Source of the DNA: Octopus sinensis
Taxonomy: Eukaryota
Length of the DNA stretch: 64,000 nucleotides
Assembly (NCBI RefSeq): GCF_006345805.1
Contig: NC_043006.1
Coordinates: 19,282,001 to 19,346,000, forward strand
Reading direction: 5' to 3'
The position numbers were made by a program, and so were the translations under genes. The notes under the pieces are model-generated. The model was not told the origin of the DNA. It saw nothing but the letters and a program-made list of their open reading frames with translations, and ran no database searches. Below, in pieces: positions 11,871 to 24,530 of the stretch. Every line of letters starts with the position of its first letter. The first letter of the stretch is position 1.

Positions 11871-12577
11871 ATAGTTTGATGTCATCTTCCATAGTAGTGC
11901 GGAGCTCCTGAATTGATGCAGTCTGATTAGAATGTACCCAAGCAGGTATATACCACGAGATTATGATCACGAGATTATGGTGAAAGAATGGAGTTTATAT
12001 GTTTGAGGTTTTACGAGAATATACGCAAACTAATATCAATAAGTATATTCATCAATAGGAAATACTTAAGGAATATGTATGGTTGAAAACCTGGAAGCTG
12101 TAGTTTTCACTCGGGAAAAACTCTTTATAGGGGTGTATTGTTTTATTGTTTCTTTGATTTTTTTCTTGTTTTTTTTTGCACAATATTTCAGGCGATCACT
12201 AACGAGGCGACTTTGCTTCAGCTAGCTTTGAAGTATATGGTGTTGTTTAATACCCTACTTCTATAGATAGATTTTACCTGGCGTAAACCACAGTTTCTGG
12301 CTTTTCAGTGACACGAATACGCTTTCAATCTGGAGCTGCTTCTATTGCATTATTCGAATTCTATAAAGAAGCATAAAACTATCCCAAACCCTAGTTTGAT
12401 ACAAAACAGCAGGAAACATGTTATAGTTTGACTTTTATTACATTTTTCTGTTAAATTTGATTTCAGTCATGTCAGTTGCCGTTTAAATATTTTTTATTAT
12501 ATCTCGAATTTGCCTTCGTAATATTTAGTACGTTTGATATGAGTGCATGACTATTAAAAGCAATTTATTTATTACAG

Positions 12578-12701
12578 ATATATGGTAATTGTACACCCAA
12601 TGATTTCACGCTATTGGTGTACTGCAGGAAATACAAGAAAAATCTTGCCAGCCGTTTGGGCATTGGCTATTCTGTTGTCGATGCCAAGTATATTTGTTAT
12701 G
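12578..12701 (+). CDS. Class A peptide GPCR, internal exon (end of TM3, ICL2, TM4)
   Basis: Acceptor tttattattacAG at 12576-77 and donor GTAAGT at 12702. Encodes (R)YMVIVHPMISRYWCTAGNTRKILPAVWALAILLSMPSIFVM, i.e. xRY..I.HP and the TM4 W...LS.P motif. It ends in phase 0, matching the next exon. Missed by the ORF track. Confidence 0.9.
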
Positions 12702-13260
12702 GTAAGTTTTGCTTTTATACAATTTTTCATGTAATCACATATATGTTCACGCATAAATATAGCTACACTGACATATATACGCACACATGTACATGTACTA
12801 TTTATATAACTCTTTCTACATATAAGTCATCAAAGTTTTAAGCCCGTTACTGGAAGATAGTACGTAAATATTAATAACCTGTAGGGACATCGTATTTCGT
12901 TATGCAACCATAATATACTACAAAGAATATTAGAAGTCAATATCGTGTTCTACTGTGTTAACAGTGCTATTAAATCATTTGTTTGGGATATCTTTACAGA
13001 TGTTTTGATAGAAATGATAGCCAGTACTAATTTTCCTACGATAACCATCTGATGTAAACAACATGTAGATCGAAGCTGAAAGATTAGTAATATCGCGGAA
13101 TTATATAAAACATCTCAATATTTAAGGTGCAAGCCTCCGACCGAGACTTTGCTTTTCATGCTGTCGATAAAATAATATCCGTTGAACACTGAGGTCCATG
13201 CAATCGACTTATTCCCTGCCACAAAATAGTGGCCTTGTGTTCAAATTTGAAACATATTTA

Positions 13261-13588
13261 AGGCGCAGAATGGTTTTGTAGTTAAGATGCTCGCTTCGCA
13301 TCCATGTGGTTTCGGGTTCAGCCCCACTGCGTGGAACTGTGTACAAGTGTCTTCTACTATTGTAGATGCCTTGCGAGCAAATTTGGCAGGGGGAGATTAA
13401 AAGAATCCCGTCGTGTGTGAATGTATATGTGTTTGGCCGACAACTGCATGATAAACGATTGGTGTTGGTGTGTTTATGTCTTCGTAACATAGCGTATCAG
13501 CAAGGGAGACTGATAAAAGAGATACCAAACTTTAAAGTAGCCCTTCACTATGGCTGCAGTTCAAATAACTGAAACAAATAAAAGAGAG
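13261..13588 (+). mobile_element. SINE family 1, diverged copy
   Basis: aggcgcagaatgg...ttcgggttcagccccactgcgtgg...caagtgtcttctacta...tatggctgcagttcaaataactgaaacaaataaaagag. Confidence 0.75.
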
Positions 13589-13609
13589 ATGTTACAGTTT
13601 ATGAATCTT

Positions 13610-14210
13610 AAGGCGGCGAGCTGGCAGAAACGTTAGCACGCCGGGCGAAGTGCTTAGCGGTATTTCGTCTGCCATTACGTTCTGAGTTCAAATTCCACCG
13701 AGGTCGACTTTGCCTTTCATCCTTTCGGGGACGATAAATTATGTACCAGTTATGCACTGAGGTCGATGTAATCGACTTAATACCTCTGTCTGTCCTTGTT
13801 TGTTCCCTCTGTGTTTAGCCCTGTGTGGGTAATAAAGAAATAGGTATTTCGTCTGCCATTACGTTCTGAGTTCAAATTCCACCGAGGTCGACTTTGCCTT
13901 TCATCCTTTCGGGGACGATAAATTATGTACCAGTTATGCACTGAGGTCGATGTAATCGACTTAATACCTCTGTCTGTCCTTGTTTGTTCCCTCTGTGTTT
14001 AGCCCTGTGTGGGTAATAAAGAAATAGGTATTTCGTCTGCCATTACGTTCTGAGTTCAAATTCCACCGAGGTCGACTTTGCCTTTCATCATTTCGGGGAC
14101 GATAAATTATGTACCAGTTATGCACTGAAATCGATGTAATCGACTTAATACCTCTGTCTGTCCTTGTTTGTCCCCTCTATGTTTAGCCCCTTGTGGGCAG
14201 TGAAGAAATA
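13610..14210 (+). mobile_element. SINE family 2 trimer (one head plus three 184-bp units) with 12-bp TSD
   Basis: Head aaggcggcgagctggcagaaacgttagc. Units start at about 13660, 13844 and 14028. TSD tatgaatcttaa is at 13600-13611 and 14213-14224. Confidence 0.92.
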
Positions 14211-15989
14211 TATATGAATCTTAAAATGCAAATTGTTAATGTTTGGCCGTTGGGTTAGGCACACAGATGATATGCTGTCCTTATTAGTTAGTATAACCAT
14301 GCAGCTTAGCTGTTTCGTTGGATTTTCCGTATCATCAACAAGATTAACAGCTGTAATGTTGGGATAAATAGGTTTGAGGAAATGAGAAAAGTTTCAGTTA
14401 GTAATCTTGCTGAAGTTTTGCTTCCACTTAATGCGTTCCGTTAAGTCTTTTATATGTTGATGCTGTTGTAGAACAACGGCTTCTGTTAACAAATCAACAT
14501 ACACAATTATCAAAGGCTTTTTCAGCATCATTATCTCTACTGTCACTAAAATGAATATTATCGGCTTCTGTTAACACTTGTTATCCAACTTCTTATCCAA
14601 GTTCTGTTTTCCAACTGTGACGTCTGTTTTGCATACTATTCTTGAGTATACAACGAAAATACATTACCTCAATTCCTACAAAATCGTACATCCTTACTTC
14701 AAATCCTTCAAAATTGTATTGCCTTACATGAAACTATTAAATTGAATACTCTGATCTTGATGCTTCTGAGAGTTCTTCCCAAGACTGTCCCTATTTTTAC
14801 ATGTCACTTTGAATTGAGATCAGGAAGATATTAGTTCTTAGTTAAGGATTTAGCCCTCCTTCATTCCTACAGAAATCCCATTTTTATTTACCTTGTTGTA
14901 AGGTTGCATCTTTCGCCGAGCTTTCATACGATGTTGTAATTAGAAGCGTTTTTACTATATATGTTAAATATAATCATATAATAATAATAATAATGAGTAC
15001 ATAATGTCTATTTTGCTAATTTACATGTTGATTTTAAATATTCCTTTAAGTTAATCGAAGCCCACCAATATCATATATCGATAATCACCCCCTTCTGTGA
15101 ATAGTTTATGTGCAGTATCAATGCATCCCGCTTTCTGGTTGGTGATTTTTTCTTCTTAGTGTAACTTTCCTGAGATCGCTCTTAACATGATCAGTTTCAT
15201 TAAAATCGTTTGCAGCAAAAGATACAGGAATTGTTCTGTCAGCAGTAACGTCAGTAGATTGTTTTTGATTTATTTAGTATATGAAAAGTTCAATCACTTA
15301 ATCAGGTTTCCTACTGTATTAACGATATGCCATTAGTTTCCCTCGAATTAAAATACTCCTATATATGACTCTAAGCAACCGTATACAATTCAGTGATACA
15401 GGAATGCCACTTCTGGTAATTCTCTAGATTTCACTGAGTAGATAATTGGTATTTCAATATTCTGTACAATCATATTTCGCTATTTCAGTCAGTTTTCTTT
15501 AATTTCTAACATTGAAAGTGAACGTTTTCTGTCTTTGACAGATTTTTGAGACGTAGCGTAATCTAATTTATTTTCTTTCTGGCATTCAGTATGCTATTGA
15601 CAAATTGAAATTCATCGTCTAAGCTTGTATTCTTACTGATAAAAATGTAGTGATACAAGCGTTGTCAGTTATTACTGCCTTTATTACTCTAATAATGTGA
15701 TAGAGTAGAAATTAATTTTTGAAATATATATATCTGTGTGTTTGTGTGTGGTTTTTATTTATGTGTGTGTAAAACTGAATTATTTCGAATCTGAACAATG
15801 TTCACCTTCTATTCGTAAAGCTTCACTTTGATCACTCACACTTTAAGGAACTCAGAAACAATACAAGTATCAGCTTTCTCTACCTTATAAACGGTACATA
15901 TCAAAGTACCATTTCAGGAGCATTCATTGATAGTATCTCATATCACTTAAACTTAACTTTTCTACAATGCTAATAACATAATATGGAAA

Positions 15990-16370
15990 CACTCCGTCGG
16001 TTACGACGACGAGGGTTCCGGTTGATCCGAATCAACGGAAAAGCCTGCTCGTGAAATTAACGTGTAAAGTGGCTGAGCACTCCACAGACACGTGTACCCT
16101 TAACGTAGTTCTCGGGGATATTCAGCGTGACACAGAGAGTGACAAGGCCGACCCTTTGAAATACAGGTACAACAGAAACAGGAAGTAAGAGTGAGAGAAA
16201 GTTGTGGTGAAAGAGTACAACAGGGATCACCACCATCCCCTGCCGGAGCCGCGTGGAGCTTTTAGGTGTTTTCGCTCAATAAACACTGACAACGCCCGGT
16301 CTGGGAATCGAAACCGCGATCCTATGACCGCGAGTCCGCTGCCTTAACCACTGGGCCATTGCGCCTCCAC
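15990..16370 (-). mobile_element. SINE family 3, tail type a
   Basis: Reverse complement of 49236-49616, nearly identical. Confidence 0.92.
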
Positions 16371-17223
16371 TTTAATAACATAAATGCGGTATATGAAATC
16401 ACTAACCCACAATGACACTAAATATTTTACAGTATATTGTTTGACATCTTAGAGCTTTCACTTATACCGGAGGTATCTTTCGTTCGTCTTTCTGAGCTAA
16501 GTTACAAAAATTCCACATTTTGTTTATCCTTTCTTTCATCACTTTTTATGATAGTTTTATTTGTATTATCGCTTATCACCAGCCTTAAAAAAAGTTTATT
16601 GAAATATTTACCTTTTCGGTGACAGGTTAATCTCTAGATGTTCTGTATATCTTAAAGTTGTCTGATTTCGCTTATACTCATTTATACAAGACATATTCGG
16701 GCTAAGATCGTCTAGTGACGTTAGTTATGGGATAGAAGCAGGTGATCCAACATATCTGGTATAATTTATCGATACGATTTATTACGATTCCATCAGGATG
16801 TACATAAATTTGATCTCTATTTCAAAATTTTATTCTTTATGAGTTCGAAACATACCGAGGGTCGATAAAATTCATATACAGGAGCTGGGGAAGTTTCGAA
16901 AATCACTCTCAATTTTCATTCTACCGTCATAAAATAGAAGCCTACGCAAGTTAATCCAGTTCTGGGTTTACGAAAAAATGGAGCGGTCATGAGTGGCATG
17001 ACTTTGATTAAAGGTGTGCTCTGTCAGATTTAAACCAACATAATATCTGCATGTACGTGTTAATAATCACATTTTCTAACGCATAGACCACCTGGGATCA
17101 GACAACTAGAAAATGTTGTGCAGATGATTTAAATGCCAGGTTATATTACTCACCATAATCTCTAGATTTAGAAAATAATTATAACTAGCCCATTTCTGTT
17201 CTAAAGATTTCGAATTAAGTCAT

Positions 17224-17493
17224 CCATGTTTGCAAAGGTGAATTATCCAAACCCCAAAGAATTCCTCTCAACACATGGCAATTTCTGCGCTTGATCAGAA
17301 ATGCACATATCGTCAGCCACTAAGGGACATACTCAACTGGTTAAGGTCCAGCAACTGACAAGGAAATCTGTGATATTGAACAAAATATTTGCTGTAGCCC
17401 ACCTGTTATACCAATACAAAACTATGTACATGATAACGCTTCCAGTTAGTTAAGATTAGAAGTCATGAGAGCTGCCTGGTACTGCATCATGGC
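17224..17493 (-). mobile_element. Family 4 non-autonomous repeat, partial
   Basis: Matches 17845-18126; followed by (ATT)n. Confidence 0.75.
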
Positions 17494-17529
<36 letters not shown>

Positions 17530-17576
17530 CATTATTATTATTATTATATTATTATTATTATTATTATTACTATTAT

Positions 17577-18126
17577 TGAGTGAGAGAGCAGTGCATGCCA
17601 TCAAAGTGACACTGGGGTAAAATATACGAAGCCCAATATACCCATCATGACTACCCGTCTGATAAGGGTACACCAGGCACATGCATCACAACCATATGTG
17701 CGCGACAATGGTGATCTCATATCAAGATAAACAGCACATGACCTTGCAGGTGGGGCCCAGTTAGAATTTTCTTCAGGTTGAGTAGCCATCCCGCTCAAAG
17801 GTCCCTGAATATGGGTTGTTTAAGGATGTTGAAAGAACCACCCATGTTTCCAGAGGTGAATTATTCAAACCCCAAAGAATCCCTCTCAACACATGGCTAT
17901 AATGCTCCCCCACTACTTCTGCTCGTGATCAGAAATGCGCATATCGTCAGCCACTAAGGGACATGCTCAACTGGTTAAGGTCAAACAACTGACAAGCAAA
18001 TCTGTGGTATTGAGCAGAATATTTGCTGTAGCCCATCTTTTATACCAAGACAAAACAATGTACATGATAACACTTCCAATCAGTTAAGATCAGAAGCCAT
18101 GAGAGCCACTGCCTGGTACTGCATCA
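17577..18126 (-). mobile_element. Family 4 non-autonomous repeat (about 550 bp) between (ATT)n arrays
   Basis: ttgagtgagagagcagtgcatgccatcaaagtgacactgggg...gccactgcctggtactgcatca. Copies at 27716, 34292 and 53437. No ORF is evident. Confidence 0.85.
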
Positions 18127-18164
18127 ATTATTATTATTATTATTATTATTATTGTTGTTGTTGT

Positions 18165-20345
18165 ATCATCAAAGTGGAATGCTAGACGAGTGACAGGGAG
18201 GAGAGAGGCTGCGAAGGTGAGTGAACTGGATAGGAGACAGAAGCGGCAGGAATATGTAGAGAAACTGAGAGGTGAATATGGACAGGTTAATATGGACAGA
18301 AACGGGAGGTAGGGGATGTGGAGAAGGAGTGGGAGGCTTCCAGAGAGGCAGTGATGAGATGTGCCTCTGAATTATGTGGTACACGAGTAAACATTTTGTA
18401 AGAAATAATGTTTTAGAAAGTGGTACTGCAGGTAAGAAAGGTGGTTGGCAAAAGGGAAGAAAGGGTGAAGGATGTAAATTTGTTGAAAGGAAGTGAGGAT
18501 GTACAAAGGAGATGAGCAGAGTATTTTAGTGAGCTGTTGAATGTGGAAGATGACAGGAAGGTAATTATAGTGGCTGTAGGAGGAGAGAGGAGAATGCTTG
18601 TTGTTGGGGAATGGAACCATGGTGCAATTGGAAGGGAGGAGGTGAAGGAATCCTTGTGGAAGATGGCAAACCAGAGGGCGCCATGTATAGATGGGTATAC
18701 AGTGGAATGCCTAAAGAAAGGAGGAGTGACAGTGATTGAGTGGTTAGTGAGGCTTATGAATGTTTGTTATATAACTGGAAGAGCACTGAAGGACTGGTGC
18801 AGTGCCTGTATAGTGCCACTGTACAAGGGGAAAGGAGGTATATGTGAGTTTGGAAATTTTAGAGGTATAAGTTTGTTGTGTGTGTGGTTGGTAAACTATA
18901 TGGGATAATTCTGATTGTAAGGGTGAGAAACCAGACAGAGAGTGTAATAGGGGAGGAGCAGTGCGGTTTTAGGAGTGGTTGGATGTGAAGATGAAGTTAA
19001 GACAGGGTTATGTGATGTTTCAGAGGCTGTTAAATTTATATGTGGGTGGTGTAGTGAGAGAGGTAAATACTAGAACCTTTGGTAGGGGAGAAAATGGAGA
19101 GAATGGCAGGTGAGTCGGTTGTTGTTTGCTGATGATACAAAACTGGTGGCGGATCCGGAAGAGCAACTGAGGAGGCTGGTGGTAGAGTTTGGAAGAGTTT
19201 GTGAGAGGAGGAAACTGAAAGTGAAAGTAGGTGAGAGTAAAATTATGAGGTGTTCGGGAGATGGAATGGCTGGTAAGGCAGATGTGAATATAAATGGTGA
19301 TATGATAGAGGAGACGAGTGCTTTTAAGTGTCTGGGATCACATGTGACAGCGGATGGAGGGGTTGGCTGAGGAAGTGAGATATAGAGTGAGGGAGGGGAT
19401 TAAGATACTTGGAAAAGTGAAAAGTATGCTCAGAGATAAAAGGTTGAGTATGAAAGCGAAAAGAGGTGAGTATGAAGGCATGATTTGTGCCGAAAATGTT
19501 ATAAGACGTGGGGAATGAGAGATGCAGAAAGGAGGCGACTAGATGTGTTTGAGATGAGATGTTTGCGGTCTATGGTTGGTGTGATACGGATGGACAGGAT
19601 AAGGAAAGAGGACGTGTGAAGGGGGCGGGAATGAGAGAAAAACTAACAACCAAATTGGATAGACGAATGTTGAAGTGGTTTGGCCACATGAAGAGGATGG
19701 ACGAGGAGCGGATGGTAAGGAGGAGGTGAGCTGGCAGAAACGTTAGCGTGCCGGGCGAAATGCGTAGCCGTATTTCATCAGCCGTTACGTTCTGAGTTCA
19801 AATTCCGCCGAGGACGACTTTGCCTTTCATCCTTTCGGGGTCGATTAAATAAGTACCAGTTACGCACTGGGATCGATATTATCGACTTAATCCGTTTGTC
19901 TGTCCTTGTTTGTCCTCTCTGTGTTTAGCCCCTTGTGGGTAGTAAAGAAATAGGATGGTAAGAAGGAGGTTGAAGGCAGAAGTGGTAGGCAGTAGAAACA
20001 GAGGCAGACCTCGGATTGTGTGGGTGAACGGAGTGAGGAAAGCTTCGATGGTTAGAGGTGTTGGAGTGAGAGAGGCAAGAGAGATTATAAATGATAGGAA
20101 AGCTTGGAGAGTGTTTGTGGACGGATGAGTAAATTTGTAATTGCTCAAATGGGTACGGAAGCAGTATGATGCGGCGCGGGCAAAGCAGCATATGCTGCCA
20201 GGCCCCGCTGTTGATATTGGGGTTTGCGTTCTACGCCCTGACCCGGGTATAGGCCGCGGCTCCCCTGTTTGAGCTGGAAATGAATAGAATGCCTGGTATG
20301 TGTTGTTGTGGCTACCCCCTCCTAAAAAAATTGGGGATAGGCCTG
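18165..20345 (+). mobile_element. 5'-truncated, degenerate RTE-clade LINE (reverse transcriptase) interrupted by a SINE
   Basis: Encodes EEVKESLWKMANQRAPCIDGYTVECLKKGG...CIVPLYKGKGG...NFRGISLL, EEQCGFRSG and LLFADDT...LVVEFGRVCERRKLKVKVGESK. A C-terminal GRGRPRIVWV-like stretch follows the SINE, then a GC-rich 3' UTR. Confidence 0.9.
19723..19955 (+). mobile_element. SINE family 2 monomer inserted in the RTE
   Basis: Flanked by ggatggtaaggaggaggt (19710-19727) and ggatggtaagaaggaggt (19953-19970), an 18-bp duplication with 1 mismatch. Confidence 0.88.
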
Positions 20346-20374
20346 GGTATATATATAAAAAAATATTAATATTA

Positions 20375-20605
20375 CTAAGGCGGTGAGCTGGCATAATTGT
20401 TAATATGCTGGACGAAATGCTTAGCGGTATTTCGCCCGTCGCTACGTTCTGAGTTCAAATTCAACCGAGGTCAGCTTTGCTTTTCATTTGAAATATTAAT
20501 TATTATCATTATTACTTAAGTACCAGTGAAACACTGGGGTCGACATAATCGACTAGTCCCCTCCCCCGAATTTCAGATCTTGTGCCTATAGTAGAAAGGA
20601 TTATT
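20375..20605 (+). mobile_element. SINE family 2 variant
   Basis: taaggcggtgagctggca...ttctgagttcaaatt...cactggggtcgac...ttgtgcctatagtagaaagg followed by (att)n. Confidence 0.8.
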
Positions 20606-21027
20606 ATTATTATCATTATTATTATTATCATTATATTAATATTTACTGTTAATCTGCATGTTTGTCACTTGCCGCAACACACACAACGTCCTAGGGTGAG
20701 TAAAGAACAAGAGATGTTGCAGTATGACTGAAAGCTTGCGAATGTGAAGTGGTAGGGGTAGTCGTGAAATATCTTCATATAATACAACACAGGCATTTAA
20801 ATTGGTAGTTTTTCTAAGAATGTGGGAAGTATTTGTCAGCACAATCTTTTGGATTTCTCTGAGACGTGATTCTCCTGACAAACGCACTCTGCACACTTTA
20901 ACAATCTAGTCGTCGAGATACAGAATGACAGACTGGTCATCACAGGAAATTCTTTGATCCCAAGTTCATTGAATTAGGGTTGTTATGGGATTAATCGCCA
21001 ACGATTTATTTCTCTCTCTCTCCCTTC

Positions 21028-21058
<31 letters not shown>

Positions 21059-21169
21059 CCTTTCTCTCTCTCTCTCTCTATTTTGAACTGGGTCAAATAC
21101 TTCCTCATAATATTCAATTCTTTTGACACATAGACTGACTTTAATATTGGTTTTAAATTTCGGCACAAG

Positions 21170-21562
21170 ACCAGTAATTACGGGGGAAGGTGTAGGTCGA
21201 GTACACCGAGGTCAGTGCTCAACTGGTATTTATTTTATCAACTCAAATGGATGAAAGGCTAAGTTGACTTCGTCATAAAGATGGACGAAATGCAGCTAAG
21301 AAGTTTTGCCGGCGTGCTAACGATTCTTATTTCTTTACTACTCACAAGGGGCTAAACACAGAGGGGACAAACAAGGACAGACACACGGATTAAGTCGATT
21401 ATATCGATCCCAGTGCATAACTGGTACTTAATTTATCGACCCCGAAAGGATGAAAGGTAAAGTCGACCTCGGCGGAATTTGAACTCAGAACGTAACGGTA
21501 GACGAAATACCGCCACGTATTTCGCCCGGCATGCTAACGTTTCTTCCAGCTCACCACCTGCT
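21170..21562 (-). mobile_element. Two adjacent SINE family 2 copies
   Basis: Reverse complement of the family 2 consensus: cgaccccgaaaggatgaaagg.aaagtcgacctcggcggaatttgaactcagaacg. Confidence 0.82.
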
Positions 21563-21921
21563 AACGATTCTGCTGACACGTCGCCTCCGCCTGAGTTTAA
21601 TACTGATATACCAAGTTGTTCTTTATAGAATTAACATAGCTCCTTGTATTTGTGTCTTGTCAGATAAATCCATGTTTAGATACACTTTCCTGTGTTTGAA
21701 ACCCCAGTGGTAGGTGTTATCTTTCATTCAAGTGGAGGACATACAGTAAACTTTTCATGCTGCTTCTGTTCAGTGCACAACACATCGCCCTATTTCAAAA
21801 TTGATCTTGACTCTAAACAAGCAAAATCTTTATTTCCAACTTTGTTTCTCCATCTCAAAGTTCTCTCTACTTCGATGTTCCTCTTCCATATGCTAATATA
21901 TTTTTGTTTCTTTCCACACAG

Positions 21922-22142
21922 GATATTGAAGTTATATCATACCACAACAACGTCACTAGTGTAACGTTTTCACACTGCTACGATAGCGCTATCCCTGAAG
22001 ACAAGCGGCTTGCGTACGCCATCTATCAGTTGACTGTGATGTTTCTGGCACCTACACTAATCATGATCATCTGCTATACTTTTGTTATTTATGTTCTCTG
22101 GCTCAGCTCGAAGCAACTGAAAAGTATGACATCAGCGAACTG
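21922..22142 (+). CDS. Class A peptide GPCR, internal exon (ECL2, TM5, start of ICL3)
   Basis: Acceptor tttttgtttctttccacacAG at 21920-21 and donor GTAAGA at 22143. Encodes DIEVISYHNNVTSVTFSHCYDSAIPEDKRLAYAIYQLTVMFLAPTLIMIICYTFVIYVLWLSSKQLKSMTSAN, with the ECL2 Cys and TM5 F..P......CY. It joins 12701 in frame. Confidence 0.92.
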
Positions 22143-22847
22143 GTAAGAAAACACATTATAAACATCACTGCATGCGTGCCACTCAGGGGAAGCAGCATGT
22201 ATAATGTAAACGCTAGATTAAATGCAGTATAACGTTTTATCTTGTGTGACAGGTATTTATATAAAATAGTCTTGTTGGACATTGAAACCCTGAGACATTT
22301 CCCACTGACTAATTAATAATTCTCGGAAAGATCCCCGAAGATAAGCGGTTTTCATACACCCTGTATCGTTCTTACTGTCATATTCACAAAAATTAACCCT
22401 TTGAAAAAACGGATGCGTTTTAACGAGTGAAACATTTTTTTTTACTATATCCGCGAAAGACGCGAAAGTGAGCAGTCTCATTGTTTTATGTTTATGACTA
22501 AAGATAACAATGTTTCTGCCGATTAGCGAGTAGCGGTTTCAAAATTATACATCTTCCAGCCGTATAGCCAAGTGAAATCACATCTAAAACATAGTCGTGG
22601 CTTCATAGTGTTAAAATTGTTTTGTTGCAGGCTTGAAACGGTAGAAACTTTTTTTTCGTGGTGAAAAGAGCTAGCTTTGTGACACACTGTAGTACAGAAG
22701 GAGTTTTCACTTGTGGAAGTTGCACATAATTTAATATCATAACTTTGCTCCACTCCATTCCAACTGGAATCGCCAGTACAGCATAACTTGAGGCAAATAA
22801 TATAAGCTAAATTTAACATTCTACGAAGTTAGATATTTATAGTTTAA

Positions 22848-23067
22848 CCCTTTAGTGTTTAAACCGGCCATATCAGGCCCAAATTGTCTTCCTGTTTTAT
22901 GCTCAAACCAGCCAGCACTGACCTCTCACACCTACCCTACAAAGTCATTCTAAAAATAAACAGGGACATCATAAAAATCCCAGAGTTACAAGATGCTGTA
23001 CAATTAATTTTAAACAATGTAATTAAACAGGCTTTACATTTGACAGAGTAATCTGAATGCTAAAGGG
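22848..23067. mobile_element. piggyBac-type MITE (220 bp)
   Basis: TTAA at 22844-47 and 23068-71, with terminal inverted repeats ccctttag / ctaaaggg. Confidence 0.8.
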
Positions 23068-23727
23068 TTAAAAGGCATTCTTGATTATTTTTCGTTCCAG
23101 TTTAACAGAGTCTGAGATAAACATGGACTTCCCGTACACATCATATAGCAGCATGAATCATCATTGTTGTCGCCATTCTCGTTGGTATTGTAATTGCTGT
23201 TGTTGTTGTTGTTGTTAAGCAAAAAGACGGGTAAGGGTGATTAGGTGATGGTCTAGGGCTTAGGGACGGGAGATCCCAGACCTTGGAAAAAAAAATTTGG
23301 TCGTCTTGTTGTAGTCGAGAGCTCTTTGTTGACGCCCGACACCACTGAGAGGTGGCCCGCGAATCGCTGGAGATGGAGATCTCCAGGTCCAAATTCTTGA
23401 ACGGCTGTAATTGCTGCTGTGGTGCTATCTTTGCTTTTTTTTATATATTTTGTGCAATACTTATAAATCGCAGAACATATGAGAAATACATTTTTTGTGT
23501 TTTGTTGTGATTTCAAGTCGCAGTTCACCCGAGTTCGGCATTCATTTAACCAAGGGTAACAATATAAGTACTTCGAAGCTCTCTAGTTTTGTGTCGTCGC
23601 TACAGAAAACTTCTCAAAGTAGTTTCATTATATGTTGTGATTTGTATGATTCAACCAATCTTATTTCTATATACCATATGTTCTACAAACTTCACTTTTT
23701 CGTTTCCTTCATATATTTTTTGGGAAG

Positions 23728-24085
23728 CACTCCGTCGGTTACGACGACGAGGGTTCCGGTTGATCCGAATCAACGGAACAGCCTGCTCGTGAAATTAACG
23801 TGTAAGTGGCTGAGAACTCCACAGACACGTGTACCCTTAACGTAGTTCTCAGGGATATTCAGCGTGACACAGAGAGTGACAAGGCCGGCCCTTTGAAATA
23901 CAGGTACAACAGAAACAGGAAGTAAGAGTGAGAGAAAGTTGTGGTGAAAGAGTACAGCAGGATCACCACCATCCCCTGCGGAGCCCTCGTGGAGCTTTTA
24001 GGTGTTTTCGCTCAATAAACACTCACAACCGCGATCCTATGACCGCGAGTCCGCTGCCCTAACCACTGGGCCATTGCGCCTCCAC
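23728..24085 (-). mobile_element. SINE family 3, tail type a
   Basis: Nearly identical to 15990-16370, with a short deletion in the head. Confidence 0.9.
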
Positions 24086-24089
24086 CCTT

Positions 24090-24113
24090 CTATATATATA
24101 TATATATATTATA

Positions 24114-24146
<33 letters not shown>

Positions 24147-24228
24147 TATATATATATACATAATATATAATATATACAATATATATATTATATATATATC
24201 TAAATATATATATATATATACATATAGA

Positions 24229-24259
<31 letters not shown>

Positions 24260-24265
24260 TATATC

Positions 24266-24296
<31 letters not shown>

Positions 24297-24470
24297 CATA
24301 TATATATATCTATATCCATATATACTATATCTATATATATATACCTCTATATATATATATAATATATATATACATATATATATCTATATCTATACATATA
24401 TCTATATATATATACATATATATCTATATATATATATACATATCTATATATTCTATCCATCTATTATATC

Positions 24471-24502
<32 letters not shown>

Positions 24503-24530
24503 CATATATATATAACTATATATATACATA
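24090..24530. repeat. Degenerate (TA)n array
   Basis: Seen directly. Confidence 0.97.

Noticed and set aside
13660-14210. Regular 184-bp repeats suggesting CRISPR or a satellite
   Set aside because: No unique spacers, eukaryotic context, and the units are SINE bodies.
20196-20209. 14-bp palindrome gcagcatatgctgc in the GC-rich RTE 3' UTR
   Set aside because: Short and single; no further structure could be supported.
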